Assembly: GCA_965113315.1 (NCBI GenBank)
Contig: OZ220375.1
Source of the DNA: Podarcis vaucheri
Lineage: Eukaryota
Direction: 5' to 3' (one strand)
DNA: 64,000 nucleotides
The notes under the pieces are model-generated. The model was given only the letters and a program-made list of their open reading frames with translations, did no database searches and had not been told where the DNA came from. Numbering within the stretch: the first letter of the stretch is position 1; every line of letters begins with the position of its first letter. The position numbers and the translations under genes are program-made. Shown piece after piece: positions 63,617-64,000 of this stretch.

Positions 63617-64000
63617 CTGCAAAACAGAAAAAGAAAAATGCTCAGGGAAGGGGGAAGAGGAGGAGGAGGAGGAGGAAGCACTTCCAAGAGCAGGGAGCTG
63701 CACGAAGCAAATAAGGTGATGCCCTCTTTTCGGTGTTAACTCTGCCTAGTGATGGCGCAAGGCCAGGTGGCTGCCCAAAGAGATGGAGTCTTGTCCCTCA
63801 CCAAAAACACTCCAGGGTGGTTTGTTTTGTGCCACCAACCTTCAAACCAAGCCCCAGAGGCCATTTCCCCGTCAAGCTCATTCTATGGAGATTGTGCATC
63901 TTCTCATTTCCTTATTTAGTATACCTTCATCCAGGGAATTTGGGCTGCTGCCTTTAGATACCCACACACTCAAGTCTTCTCCACAATGGAGAATTATGTT

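Noticed and set aside
63128-63739. 203-aa plus-strand ORF
   Set aside because: Antisense shadow of two KANSL1 exons and a (GAG)n tract

Overview
Eukaryotic (vertebrate) genomic DNA, most likely a squamate and probably a lacertid lizard, judged from Sauria-type SINEs and squamate L1/L2/CR1/MITE families. The + strand carries the whole coding region of MAPT (tau): exons equivalent to human 1, 2, 3, 4, 4A, 5, 6, 7, 8, 9, 10, 11, 12 and 13 (4519-49909). All have GT-AG sites and consistent phases, and a ~4.5 kb 3'UTR ends near 54440. With the short exon 1, all exons give 747 aa and the 2N4R-like form gives 420 aa. The - strand carries the last five coding exons and 3'UTR of KANSL1, tail-to-tail with MAPT as in human. 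Introns hold many transposons: hAT and Tc1/mariner-type MITEs, SINEs, L1, L2, CR1, a DIRS remnant and a young Rex1/Babar LINE with a 63-bp flanking duplication. I found no new gene system. The best leads concern tau RNA processing: two in-frame donors in exon 1, inverted L2 copies that could circularise exons 4A-7, altered exon 6p/6d sites, a partly conserved exon-10 stem-loop, a candidate cassette exon in intron 10, and 3'UTR motif turnover. Comparisons to human and chicken are from memory and need alignment. TE boundaries without TSDs are approximate.
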